The translations under genes and the position numbers were made by a program. A DNA stretch of 63,222 nt, counting the filler, from Reticulomyxa filosa (taxonomy: Eukaryota > Protista > Foraminifera), in assembly GCA_000512085.1 (NCBI GenBank). It is 19 parts of 19 records of this genome, joined end to end, with 100 filler letters (N's around TTAATTAATTAA, not from the genome) between each part and the next. Parts side by side here need not be neighbours in the genome. Positions count along the whole stretch, not along the records: positions 4,952 to 22,383 come from ASPP01011888.1; positions 22,484 to 25,885 come from ASPP01028882.1; positions 25,986 to 28,751 come from ASPP01011294.1; 16 more parts are not named here. One strand, written 5' to 3'. Position 1 is the stretch's first letter, and each line of letters opens with the position of its first letter. This document shows, piece after piece, positions 13,822-26,090 of the stretch. A model generated the notes under the pieces. It was not told the DNA's origin. It did no database searches and saw only the letters and a list, made by a program, of their open reading frames with translations.

Positions 13822-15038
13822 GTTCCTTTTTTTAACTTTTTTAATCCTTTTTCTTTGTTATTCAAAAATTTAAAATGGTAACTAACGACTCTTAAAGTTT
13901 CAGCTTAACTGTAGCAAAGGAAATTTTGTTAATTTTTCGTCTAGGAAAAATACTCAAGTTTCTTTTTTTTTTTGGAAGTGCACTTTGAAAGTTCTGATAT
14001 AGAAAAAAACTTGTTCAGAATCAATGGCCAAAAATCTACAATAACTCCTACTTCTGAAAAACAAGAGCTTGGACAGAAAATGATTGGAGTGAATTGTATT
14101 GGAGTGGCTTTGGTCCACACCTGACAGGAGTTCCTTTGGTTGACACCACTTCCAACGAAGTAAATCTTAAAAGAATGATCAAACTTACAAAGGCAAAAAT
14201 GAAGAAATTTCTGGAAATGAGCAATTACAAAAGAAGGGAGTGATTATAGAAGATTATTTTGTTACCTTCCAAAATGAAAATAGCAAGGATAATGAAGAAA
14301 TTCGTTGTTGTTATTTATGTCATAAAAATGTATTTGTTGGCGCACGTAGTGCAGGCGTTGCGAATTCTGGTGCTTCAATTTTATTGCCAGATATAAAACT
14401 ATTTCTGCAAACAAAAACAAAGATGAAACTAACACTAATGATATTCACGATAATTATGATGATAACGATAATTCTTTGATTGTACAACTTCTTGAGTTCG
14501 AGCATTGGAAATAATTCAAATCATTCCACTTTTAATTTGTAATATCAACTGCCTTTCGAAGTTATTTCTTTTAAAAATTAAAAATTCAATTTTTACAATA
14601 GGAGCAACACAAAAATGAAAGGAAAGCTAAAATTGATGATGAGATCTTCTCATGGAAAAAAAAAATGCAGTTGAACAACAACCACAAAAAAATATGCAAT
14701 TATTAGTGAAAGAATCACTTAAAAGTGCTGTAATTACTCAATATCATTTTGATTAGATGCGAAAAATGTTAATTTTTGGTATTTGTGTTTCGACATTTGA
14801 AAGCTGAATTGTTTGTTCTTGTGATAATTAAACTACATTGTATACTTGAACTAAATTTTTTGAATTAATAATTTTAGTTATTTTGTTAAAGATGTTGCTT
14901 GTGAATTAGAATAGTTTTAACAACTTTTTTTTAAAAACATACCTTCAAACTTTTTTCGTTCAAATCTACATTTTTTGTTGAAAAAACTCATGAAATTGCC
15001 ACTGTTTATTGAATTTGCGAGAAAAAGTTTCACATAAG

Positions 15039-16710
15039 CTACAACTCATCATGATGGGCCATTTTTTGGTGTTCTCTCGTCTGTTGATGATAAGCTTCCC
15101 TCCTTTTCTTACGCCTCTCTTCCATTTCCTCTCTTATTTTCTGTCTCCGTTCGGAGTGCTGTACGTCACGAAATTGATTCCTGTCAAAACCTCGAAGAGG
15201 TTCATCATGTCTCAAAAGTTGGATTTCTTCTCGTATTTTGTTTCGTTTTTGATGAAGCTCTTCGCGTCTGGATTGCCATTGTGCTTCGTCTATTTCGTCA
15301 TTGCTAAGTTTCTGTCTCCACTTTTCCTCCTCATCACGCAACTCTCTCATCTGTTTCATGTGTTTTTCCATTTTGTTCGGCACTGTTCGATCCTTTGGAT
15401 TGTCCCCTGTCCAATCTTTCATCTTCTCTTTATCAAAATGCCCCCACGTTTCCATTTCTTGTCGTTTTTTGTCGCGGAGGGTTTTTAGATCGTCCCACTT
15501 TTCATTGTTTACCCTTGTTTCCCTTGACCGTTCTTTTTCTGTTCATATGTGTGTACCCCTCTTAAAAAGCAAACATTATATTTACACATGTATACATATA
15601 TGTATATGTATCAATGTACCCCTTTCGCTAAGGGCTTCATCGAGTGTTCTTTTAGTTTTATCAATATGATCGAAATCGATATGATGTTCTTGATCAACTC
15701 TGTGATTGAACTTGTGATGATCTCTCGGCTGTTCGCGTTTTGTTTGTGCATGTACATCGTCCCGTGATTGGTCCTTTGTTCCCCTTTGCGATTGCGGTCG
15801 TTGTGCGACTACGGCCTTGGATAATCGTTCCAAATGCTTTATGGTGAACTCGTCCGTATCCTCCAAGCGCTTGAGCCTTTCCAAGTCCCAAGTCACTTGT
15901 TGCAATTTCAAGAGCTCTCCGAACTTAATCACCCGCGTCAGTACGATATTGTATCCTAGTGTTTCACGAGGCCATCTAATGTTACAGTTGTATTTGTCCC
16001 CAAAGAAAAAGAGGCTTCATTCTTATCTTTTTTAATGCATTTACTCGACACACACACACACACAATAAATAAACAAACAAAAATGACTTTCATACAGACC
16101 TGTGAACGGGTGCTTTGGCCAGCCAATCGACGAGATCCAAGCCATTGTTATCCTTGGCATAAACATTCGCGCTATTTTCCAATAGCTTTTTTGTCACATC
16201 GATATATGCATTTAACATGCATGTTTGCAACAGACTCATCCCTGATGGGTTTTGCGACTGGTCGTTGATGTCCACTTTGTACTGTAAATACGTGTCCAAC
16301 AGTGCTGTTGAATATTCTCTATCCTCAAATCCTATCTGCGTTTGTTCGCTTAATCGTTGGTGCGCTTTTGCTTCGCCACTGTCCACGCATATATAATACA
16401 TCGATTCCATCGCATTGCCGCCTGCTTTCCTATCCAATAGATACTTCACCATTTCCAGGCGTCCATATATTGTCGTTATATCCAACAATGTGTATCCTTT
16501 CCCGCTTTCTTCTCCACTTTTCCCTTCTGCTGCTGACGGAATGTACTTTTGCTCTGTCAGTTCCGGACTCTTTTCTACCCACTCACGGAATTGCGACAAC
16601 TCATTTGCTTTTATTGATTGGACAACATTTTGCAAGTCATTTGCTTTGATACTTTGTGATACTTTCAGCCAAAAGATACTCAAAAGTAACAATAATCCTA
16701 GCATCGTCAT
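15039..16710 (-). CDS. Ankyrin-repeat protein with signal peptide, charged coiled-coil tail and C-terminal HDEL (3 exons)
   Basis: N-terminal MTMLGLLLLLSIFWLKVSQS. Ankyrin repeats GYTLLDITTIYGRLEMVKYLLDRKA and GMSLLQTCMLNAYIDVTKKLLENSANVYAKDNNG. Phase-compatible GT-AG introns join the ORFs. Ends KMAHHDEL*. Confidence 0.8.
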
Positions 16711-17095
16711 GACCCCAACAAAAAAAGAAACGCTGTCTTTTTGTGTTCACCAAACTTGTTTAAGTAGTAAAAAAAGCACAACTTTTTGTAACCATTAAAT
16801 TTAAATTTATTCTTAAGTATAATTATTTCTTTTTTCGTGTTATTTTTGTAATGATTGAATATATTTAATATTTCGACAAAATAATATCACTTTGAAAAAT
16901 TTTAATATATCTAGATTGTTGATGCACAAACCATTCATTAAGAGATTTTGCACTTTTATCTTATCTACAAGATGTTCTACCACGACTGAAGTATAAAAAA
17001 GTTGTTTGAAATGATCAAGGGGATTTGTCTGAGTAACAAATTAATTGAACGTAATCTCTTTGAAACAATGTGTTGTTTTTTTTTAAGATATTGAC

Positions 17096-20000
17096 CTAGA
17101 TGTAATTGCCAATGTCTTTTCTTTCAAAGATGCCTAATACTTTCAGCTTGTTCAAAGTAAGTCTTTGGTTTGATTTTGTAACGGGCATTTGCAGTTTCGA
17201 AAGTAAAATTTCCCAATCTTTGGAAGTTTTGATGGAAATTTTTAGTTTTTGGATTATGTCCACGGCGTTTTGCCAATAGCCAAACACTTGTTCTTTTAGG
17301 TATTTGAACATTTGATTGACTTGGTTATGTTGAATAATTTTGTCTTGAGCAGAAATTTCGTCAAGTGAATTGGAAAGAAAATTTTGGAAGACGGAATCTT
17401 GGAATTCATGCAACGTAAGTAGCAATTGTTGATCGAGAAAGACTTTGAAATTTTTCCAGACTTGAAAAAAGACACACAAGGCATTAAAAATGGCGAGACA
17501 CTTTGTGAAAGTTTTGAAGTCATATTTTGTCTCGTCAAACAAAGTTTGATAGTATTGAATTTTCTCGGTATTTTCTTTGATGTCATTAATTTCCAAAGAA
17601 ATTTCGTGTTTCAAATATTGACTGAGGATTTGATCCAAATTGGAAGAGAAGGCTTCTTTGGTGGAACCCGAGTTGGAGGAGATAAATTTATTCAACCAGT
17701 CGGCCATGAAGGCCTCCAACTTGTTCAAAAGCGCTTGAATTTTTTGCATACTCAGTTGAATTTGTTTGGACAATTGATCGACATAAATGGATTTTTTCAG
17801 AGCAATTTCATTTTCATAGTCGATGATTTGATGTTCCAATTCGACCTTCATTGTTTCCATGTCTTTGTGAAGTACCCGATCACTGGCGGAAATATCAATG
17901 TGGTTATTTTTGATTAGCACAGTCAATTGAGATATTTCAATGATATGTTTTTCTTTGATTGAATTCAGTTCGAGTTTGATCTCTTTGAATTTGGAGACAT
18001 TTGCGGCATATGTTTCCAAAGTGGGTGGTTCGGATTGTTGGGAAAGAGGGGGAAGAATGAAGGAAGAATTGGATGCAATTTGATCGTTGGGAGCGAAAAG
18101 AAGAGGAGAGAATTGCTTCTTCTTCAAATAATTTAAATGCAAAGAAAAGCGGTGAACAATGGACATGCATTTGAAATGAAACAAATGGGCTACCACTTGC
18201 TTTAATTCTTTTAATATCATATCGCCTTGCACTTTCAATTCTTCCTTCAATATCTTGCAATCCACAAAATATATTCCACTGTGATATTGGGTTATAAACT
18301 TGTTTTCAATTTTTTCATTGGAGTGATTGCGATCGGATATGTCTTTCATTAACATATTCACAGAAAGATCAAGAATGATGTCCTCGCCATTGCCTCCATC
18401 CAAAGTGGACACCAGTTTATTCATATTCACTTGGGCACCAAAGCGATCCATAAACTGCTTGTATTTGTTATCATCGCATTTCCAATCCATATTTTGCAGA
18501 TGGATCAACTTGAACTCATCCAATTTGCTAGATATGTCTTGGCACCTTCGAAAGTCTTTATCGATCAAATGGAAGATGTCATTCACACATTGTTCAAAAT
18601 GCTTGTCTTGATGTATGATGATGTGCAATTTTGTAGGATTGAATGTACCAATATCCTCTTCCTCACCATTACCATTACTATTGCCATTGTCGCTATCGTT
18701 TGCAATACAAGACCCACGTGCCATCCCTTCACCGCATCCCTCCAATTTTCCCTTTCGACAGCAACTTGCCGTTGCAATGAGCGGCCGGAAGTTGGTCACG
18801 TACACAAGTCTCGGGACCAAATCAAAAGCTTGAATGTAGTGCTCAATCAAGGTGATAATTGAATCTTTGATATCAGTATTAGTAATGGAAAAGCATGTGT
18901 CGATTTGCTTCGGCACACGTGCGGCATCCTCCCCACTTTGAAAGAGCATGTGCGTGGTAAACAAAGATGAAAGAGGGTGTGAGCTTGCGCTTTTTTCCAA
19001 CAGAGACGCCGAGGAAGATGGAGAAAAGACAGAACTGGAATTGGAAGACAAGAGCGACAGAGTTTGTTTCATATTATTCAAACTGGATAAAAAAGCCATT
19101 ACGATGGAACAAATGAACATTTGATCAGCCAATCGAATAAAGTCGCCCAAACGATTGCATTCATTTTGCGATTGAATCATATTGCGGGTATTTAGTTCTT
19201 GCATTTCTCTTTGTTTTTGCATTGGGATGCTCTTATTACAAAGCGACATTTTCTGTTGAAAAAAATATTGATTACTTTTCATCTTCACTTGGTTCACACA
19301 TTGTGTCACAATCAATTTGATACTGTCACTCAATTCCTCCAATTTTTTTATTGCCTCCTCTTTGTGCTGCAGCTGTTCTATTTCGAATTCCTTGTTATCA
19401 TTGTATCTCATCATTGTTGGCAATGAGTTGTTTATAAATTGGCTGCTATTGCTATTATTATTGTTGTTATTGTTTGGATTGCTTTTATTAATGCTGGTAT
19501 CATTGCTATTGCTATGACCATTTTTTTTGATATCATTTGCATTTTTATTTGTGGTATCCACAGCATTGCTTTTTGCGTTTGAATGATTCTTTATTTCAAA
19601 CATTTTCAATGTTTTCACTTCGCTTAACAAATTTTGGATTTGTTGCAATGGCTGTCGAAACGAATCATTCGTTTGAAATAATTTCTTCTTCACTTGTTTT
19701 CGTTGCTTTTGGTAATGTGAGTGTCTCACTTTCCCACGCCACAACTTTTTTCAAATCAATCGAAAAATAAATTATTTTAACTTTAAAATGTTAGCAAAAA
19801 TTATATATGTATATATGTACACATATTGTTTATTTATTTAAACTCGAAATGATTTGGATTCCCGAAATCGCTTAAATGTGGGAATAGTTTGCAATATATG
19901 AAAGATAGTGGATTCGTAGATCCATCGCGATAATGATGTCGTGTATGTTGCCTCGTTTCCTCCGATTTTTGTGACATTGGAACATGTGATCGTGTAAAAT

Positions 20001-20870
20001 TCTTCACCTAATTCGTCTGTATTTGTTACTACGATCAAATCGTATGGTGTGTTTCCACGCACACAATACACAAAACGAATGTCTGTATTCGTCCCATTTC
20101 GGATAAAATACTCAATCGCGTCATTCCCTGTCTGTAATAATTGCTCTACTATATTTGGATCATTCATTAGCTGCTCGTCATTTATTTTTGCTCTTAATCC
20201 TTCCAATTTGCTTACTAAAAGTTCCTGCGTTTTGGCTTTGCCATTTTTTTCTGACTGTGCATCCTTTCCTTCCAAAAAATCAATCCCTTTCACAATAAAC
20301 AAAGCAAAAAATTAATTTGTGTTGCTGCAAAATTGTATAGAACATATTCAAACTCCTTATTGAGAAAATTTTCTTTTAAATTCAAATTTCTTTCTTTAAA
20401 AAAAAAGAGCTAACACTAACCTAGTAAATCTTTTAAAAATGGCAGATTCAATGTCGGAAGCTTTGTTTGTTTAATTGTCGAAAGACGAATAGACTCACGA
20501 AGTCTGTCACGATTTAGTGCAGACAAACTGGCACGTGAACTTCTTTTTCTGGAAAATTGGCGAGAAAAAATCTCTGGGCCTGTTCCACTTTTTTGAGAAG
20601 TCACTTGGCCGTCTAAATTTGTGAAAACCACGTATTAACAAAGCGTAAACAAAAATGTGGTCATTTCCACATAGGAACAAAGGCGAAACTTTGAATGTTT
20701 TTTTCTTCAGAGGTAACAGCCTTTGTCACTAGCTTTCCAGTTCGATCCAATTTTGTTTGAAAAGAAGCAGTGAAGTTGGAAATACTGGAACCAAACTCTG
20801 GCAGCCTTACTTCTAATGTTTCAGAAGTATGAAACTCGAACAGATATTGGCTTTGGTTTGTATTGCTCAT
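17096..20870 (-). CDS. Axonemal inner-arm dynein heavy chain (DNAH6-like), N-terminal tail only, multi-exon
   Basis: PYDLIVV..EFYTIT..LSRWIYESTIFHILQTIPTFKRFRESKSFRVWRGKVR ~ DNAH6 YNLKVV..DYYTIS..IDRWEQEYLYHRELTKIPIFSLFRKWKAFSVWRKNVR. Also RLGDFIRLAD and DHC_N2-like KDWEILL..LTLNKLKVLGIF. No AAA P-loop present. Confidence 0.8.
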
Positions 20871-21830
20871 TGCCTTTTTAGTTGCGATTTAATTTGAAGT
20901 AACTTTTGTATCTCATAAGTTACTCAAAATAGCTATGGCAAAAATAGTAGGTGACAGACCACAGGTACAAAGTTTTCATCAAAGACCTACGCTCTTAATA
21001 GTTAAACATAGAATCACTGACAAAGGCCTACAACGACAATGGAAATTGTACTTAGACCTTCTTATTTCTAACAAATTATTCGTTTTGCTTTTATTAATTG
21101 ATTTTCATTTTCTATCAGCCATTTTGAATTCATTTGTCTGGCCTTTTTATTTGCTTTTTAAGAACATGTTGTGTCCTTGGCCATGCTTGTTTATCGGCTG
21201 ATTGCTGGTCAATGCATAGAATTTCGCAATGTTTACAAGTGTTACCATTAGATGCCAAAAACAATCAAAATTTCTGAAATGCAAAAAAATGAAAATTTAA
21301 CAAACACCAACTCAAGCTATTTCTTGTCCATTCCACTGTTTCGCCATAAAATTAAAAAAAAAGAAAAAAGAAAAGCTCGATCATTCCACGAGTATCTTAA
21401 TGAGATACCGACATCCAATAAATAGTGTCTTCAAAGGCTCGAGGGTATCTGTTGGCTCAGTGGGTTAATCTAACTTTTCTTAACTTATCTATAATGTCGT
21501 TCTTTTATATTAAGAGAAGGTATTTTAACAATAAATCTATTGCGTAAAATTTTACTTTTTTACTTTTTCAACCAAACAAGGGAAAGTTGTATAATACAGC
21601 AGTGTAACAAAAAGTTTCATTGAAGTATATTATTTAAGCGCTAACTCTTTGGCACATGCTCGTATCTGCAAATAGAGTGAGAATTGGTTATCCAAAATTT
21701 TTTTTGTAATTAGATGGAAAAGGGGATTGTCTCAAAGTGACGTAAGAGATTGCTCGAGAGTCCAAAGCTTTAATCTTTTTTATTTGACAAAGGCAATGTG
21801 TTTCTGAAATTTTATTTTTTCTCCTCAAAA

Positions 21831-22241
21831 TTAATTGTGTCTGTAAATTTTGAACCCAATCCAACTGAAATAAGAAAAAAATAAGATGAAAGGGATGAAA
21901 GAAGGAAGCAACAAATTATAGTACCAATCATTAATAACAAAAGTAGTAAAAAATTTAGGAAAAAGACTACTGAAAGATAAAAAAGTAAATCCAAGTGTCG
22001 GAAAAAATTTAGTTAAAATGCTGATCATGAAAACGCTCCAAAGTGATAAAGTTGTAATGAGTAAACATAAACCCGCAAAGAAGGTTTTACACCTCCAATA
22101 TATTTCACTACACTTTGTGTGCAATTTTTCTGTTTGTTCGGCTTCTGCTTGTTCTGCCTCTGTCCATACTTTTCTTAACGCTTCGGCATTTCTTTTTAAG
22201 CCTTGCTTTCTCAGTTCACCGACTGTAAAACGTTTTTTCAT
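21831..22241 (-). CDS. PIGY: GPI-GlcNAc transferase subunit Y (PIG-Y/Eri1 family)
   Basis: Two hydrophobic segments and the C-terminal signature NDWYYNLLLP..YFSWIGFKIYRHN*. Confidence 0.8.
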   Translation of the reverse strand: MKKRFTVGELRKQGLKRNAEALRKVWTEAEQAEAEQTEKLHTKCSEIYWRCKTFFAGLCLLITTLSLWSVFMISILTKFFPTLGFTFLSFSSLFPKFFTTFVINDWYYNLLLPSFIPFILFFSYFSWIGFKIYRHN

Positions 22242-22483
22242 TGTTTTGTGTTGTTTATCAACAATGCTTTCTTACGTCTATTTCAAAAAATCAGGAGAGA
22301 GGATCCTTCCTTAGTTTCTCTGTTTAGTCGTTTCTATGATAAAGCAATTTTGTTCTTTGATTCACCTCAAATACATATTTTCGNNNNNNNNNNNNNNNNN
22401 NNNNNNNNNNNNNNNNNNNNNNNNNNNTTAATTAATTAANNNNNNNNNNNNNNNNNNNNNNNNNNNNNNNNNNNNNNNNNNNN

Positions 22484-25400
22484 CATTGACGAAACTTTGA
22501 AGAATTTGGAGAAGGGTGGAAAAAATATGGAAGGATCTTTTTTTGAAAGGCGTCAAAATAATATTGACACTTTGTTAGTTTTGGCTTTGGTTAATGTATT
22601 ATTTATTATTTATCAAAATGGTGGTTTTGCAGTTTTGTAACACTCTTTACATAATTATGTATGTATATATAAGCACTGCATTGTATTTACAGTATACATA
22701 AGATATCAAAACAAAATTAAAAGAAATATGTCGAAAGCAAGAAAAAAAGTCTCAATGGTATCCAGAATTGTTTGAAAAAGCATTGAAAACTCCAGAATTG
22801 GTTAAAATAAAGTCACCAGATATTAATGCCAGCCAATTGCATTTAGCTGTGATTGACCCTCAAGTATATTCTCTTCAAAGCAACTTTCAAACTTGCTTTC
22901 CTTTCAGTAATTGCATTCACAAACGGTGTCAAAAGCAGTGCTCCATATATCCTGATCCATCATACAATAATTTAACTTCACTTGTGAATAACTTTGGAAC
23001 AAGATTTAATTGACAATGATTATTCGGCGGAAAGCCACTCGCGAATATGCAATGGATTTGGTTCAAAACTTTTCGAAGCATGAATATGCCCCAGCGAAAC
23101 AAAGTATTCTTCGAGATATCTTTGTGTGTATGGCATTGTTATTGTGTGATAAATTGTCCATTGCAACCATTGAAGCGACTTTACATTGTTTCCATCCCAT
23201 TATTTCCCATTATGATTATTTAATATCTGTTGCCTTGGATAGCGACAAGAAAGTAAGGAATGATGAATATCCCGGACAAGGGTTAGTGGATATGACTTTG
23301 TCTCTTTGGAAATCCATTCTATCCACCACAAACGTGCAATCAGTTTTTCCCAATTCGATTTCAATTGTCTTGGATTTCATGTATAAACATTTACCAGGTA
23401 AAAATACTAATCTAATCAATACGGTATTGGTAAGCGCTCGAAACATTGAAATAAAGTGTCTTGGGCTCATACATATAAATGCAGATCAATTTTTCAATGA
23501 AATGGAACATTTGACCGAGCAAGATTTTTTGAGAAATGAAAAAATCGCCACTTGTATCATAGAAAATTATCTCGCAAATCAAAATGCATCTAAGGAAAAA
23601 TATCTTCTCTTTGTTCAAGATTTACTCACTGCAATCAAACGCGTGGAGAGAATTAAGGAAGATAAGGACAAATATGGAATATATACCTCCATTTTGTCTA
23701 ACTTATATTCCAAGATTGATAATATATCCATTTCCAAAATGCAAATTTTAAAAGAAATGCTAATGCATGAATGTTTGCGCGGCAGTATTAGTCTATATTC
23801 GACTGAAGCAGTACTATTGAATCGTTGTTTGGAATCAATACTTTTAAACGAACAAGTGGATAAAAATAGTGAGAGTTGGACGAAGTGGTGTAATCAAATT
23901 CGTCAGAATGAAATTGGATTGATTATGAAAATTTCAACAACAAAAGTGAATTTGGTTAAGCTTATTACAACCATGATTAACGAGGATATAAATGTGTCAA
24001 AACTAAATGAAAGCCAGAGCATGCACAAATTATTGCAAAAAATGAAACAACTGCTCTTCAGCACTGAGAATTGCAAGTATACACGCTCTTTGCATGTGTG
24101 GTTTTTGAAACAACTTTACATGTTGAAAGGGATCCATTGGATTGAAATTGTCTTTACGTATCCAGCAATCCGTCAATGCTTCAAGCTATTTCGACAAGGC
24201 AATCTAATCAATGTGTTTGGATTACTTCGTGAAAGGGAGTGGCATAATAATACTTTCAATCCCTTCTTTGAAATCTATGGAAACAGGGATTACGCTAATA
24301 TATTAAATGAAAACATAACCCAAAACACTTTCTCTGTTAATGACTCATCCCTTTCTTTTCGAATAATTGCAGAATCTTTGTCACTGATATATTTGTCTGG
24401 TAACAACTACTCGGAAATGCAATTACAAAGTTACTTCTATTTTCTCCTTTTTCTCAAACATATTGAAGCAAACAAATCCAACGCAAATAAAAATACGAAT
24501 ATTTCATATAGACTTGCGTACACATATCCAACAGTGTTTCACACCAGGACCTGTAAAAAGAATATTTTTGCAAATCTTCACTCATTTGACATCATCTCCA
24601 AGGGACATCCAATCGTCTTATTGGAAGTCTACAGGAGATCCACTTGACTTAATCGTGATAAGATTATGTTTCCATTTTATGTCAGTTCTCCCATTCATGA
24701 AACGCAATCCATTTCGATTTCTATTTGATGAATCTGAGCTATTCTTGTTCGACAAAGGTTATGAATCGGATACTTTGAAAATCCATTATTGTTCGCATAA
24801 TCACCCACTTTTAATCAATGCTTCGGTATCTAAAGATGTGACATGTCCATGGAAAGATTGTGATGCCACAATTTCTAGAACATCTATCAATAATTCATTT
24901 CCCAAATCGAAGAATACAACAGACACAAAGAGTATTTGGTCTATATTGAGGAGATATTATACGTCTCCCAAAAAGAATAGAGCCAAGTGGTTTGAGACCA
25001 TTGACGTCGACATTGTTGCGATTTTTGTATCATTTGCTGTTACTATTACGAAGTGAAGGAGTTCCACAAGATGAAAGAAAAATTCAAGAGCTGATGAAGC
25101 AAAACAATAAACAAGACGTCTTCAAAATTTTATTGAAACAGATAAAACAAGATTTCAAAAGTTTAGAAATACAAACAGATTTAAATGAAGAACTATTGAA
25201 TATTGCTCTTCATTCGTGGATTAAACATTTCTCTGAAAACTTTAAAACATGGTATCCTCAAGGACTTACTCGTGGAGACTTAACAGAGGTTTATGAATTT
25301 GAAAAGAGGTTGGATAATGAATATTCGACATTTTTTAATTCAAAAAACGAGTTCATTAAACTCAGAAATAAAAGTGAACTTGAACCAAATGATAACAACA

Positions 25401-25885
25401 AGTTTAAAGAATTAATGGATGAAATTGAAGAAACAAAGGAAATGAATCAATGTTATGAAGCCGAGCATCTCCCACAACTATTTTTAAAGATTCAGCCATT
25501 TTCATGGAGAGATTTGTCCCATGTTTTTAATAATAATCCTTCTTTATCACAAAATTATCCTTTGATTGCTAAATTGTTGAAATGCGACGAGAGTATTTGG
25601 TATATTCAATATCTACCCTCCATTGTCAATTTGATCAGGTTTGTGCACATGGAATACTCACGACAATGGTTTTCAGATGAGTTTCGTCAAATTCGTGTGA
25701 GTGATGTATTGAAGCAACAATATCAATGTAGGATATGGTGGGAACACTTCATACGCTGTTGGAACTTCTTTGCATTGGATTGCGAAAAGCTGAGCAATAA
25801 TTGTCAAGATTTGTCAATTGAACGATTATTCATCATTGATCCCAATGCAAACAATACACAATTGAATATTTACAAAATAATCCAA
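22484..25885 (+). CDS. RNF213/mysterin-like giant E3 ligase, C-terminal region fragment (frame-disrupted)
   Basis: About 1000 aa of helical coding sequence in four overlapping ORFs. WFLKQLY; RZ-finger-like HYCSHNHP..TCPWKDCDATI; LRPLTSTLLRFLYHLLLLL ~ LSPVVFLLIRLLTHLALLL; IQYLPSIVNL ~ LQFLPEILAL. Frame changes at about 23000, 24460 and 24975. Confidence 0.6.
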
Positions 25886-25985
25886 NNNNNNNNNNNNNNN
25901 NNNNNNNNNNNNNNNNNNNNNNNNNNNNNTTAATTAATTAANNNNNNNNNNNNNNNNNNNNNNNNNNNNNNNNNNNNNNNNNNNN

Positions 25986-26021
<36 letters not shown>
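25986..26021 (+). repeat. (AT)n microsatellite at contig edge
   Basis: About 18 AT units. Confidence 0.9.
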
Positions 26022-26025
<4 letters not shown>

Positions 26026-26090
26026 GTATTTATTTTAACTATTTATAATTTTTTTTTTTTTTTGTTAAAGCATTATTTCCTTTGACCCAA

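Noticed and set aside
14020-14480. Coding-like stretch between LSM12 and the ankyrin gene
   Set aside because: Only short stop-interrupted frames with no family match. The same applies to contigs 28852-30027, 30128-31208, 52389-53412 and 61933-63222.
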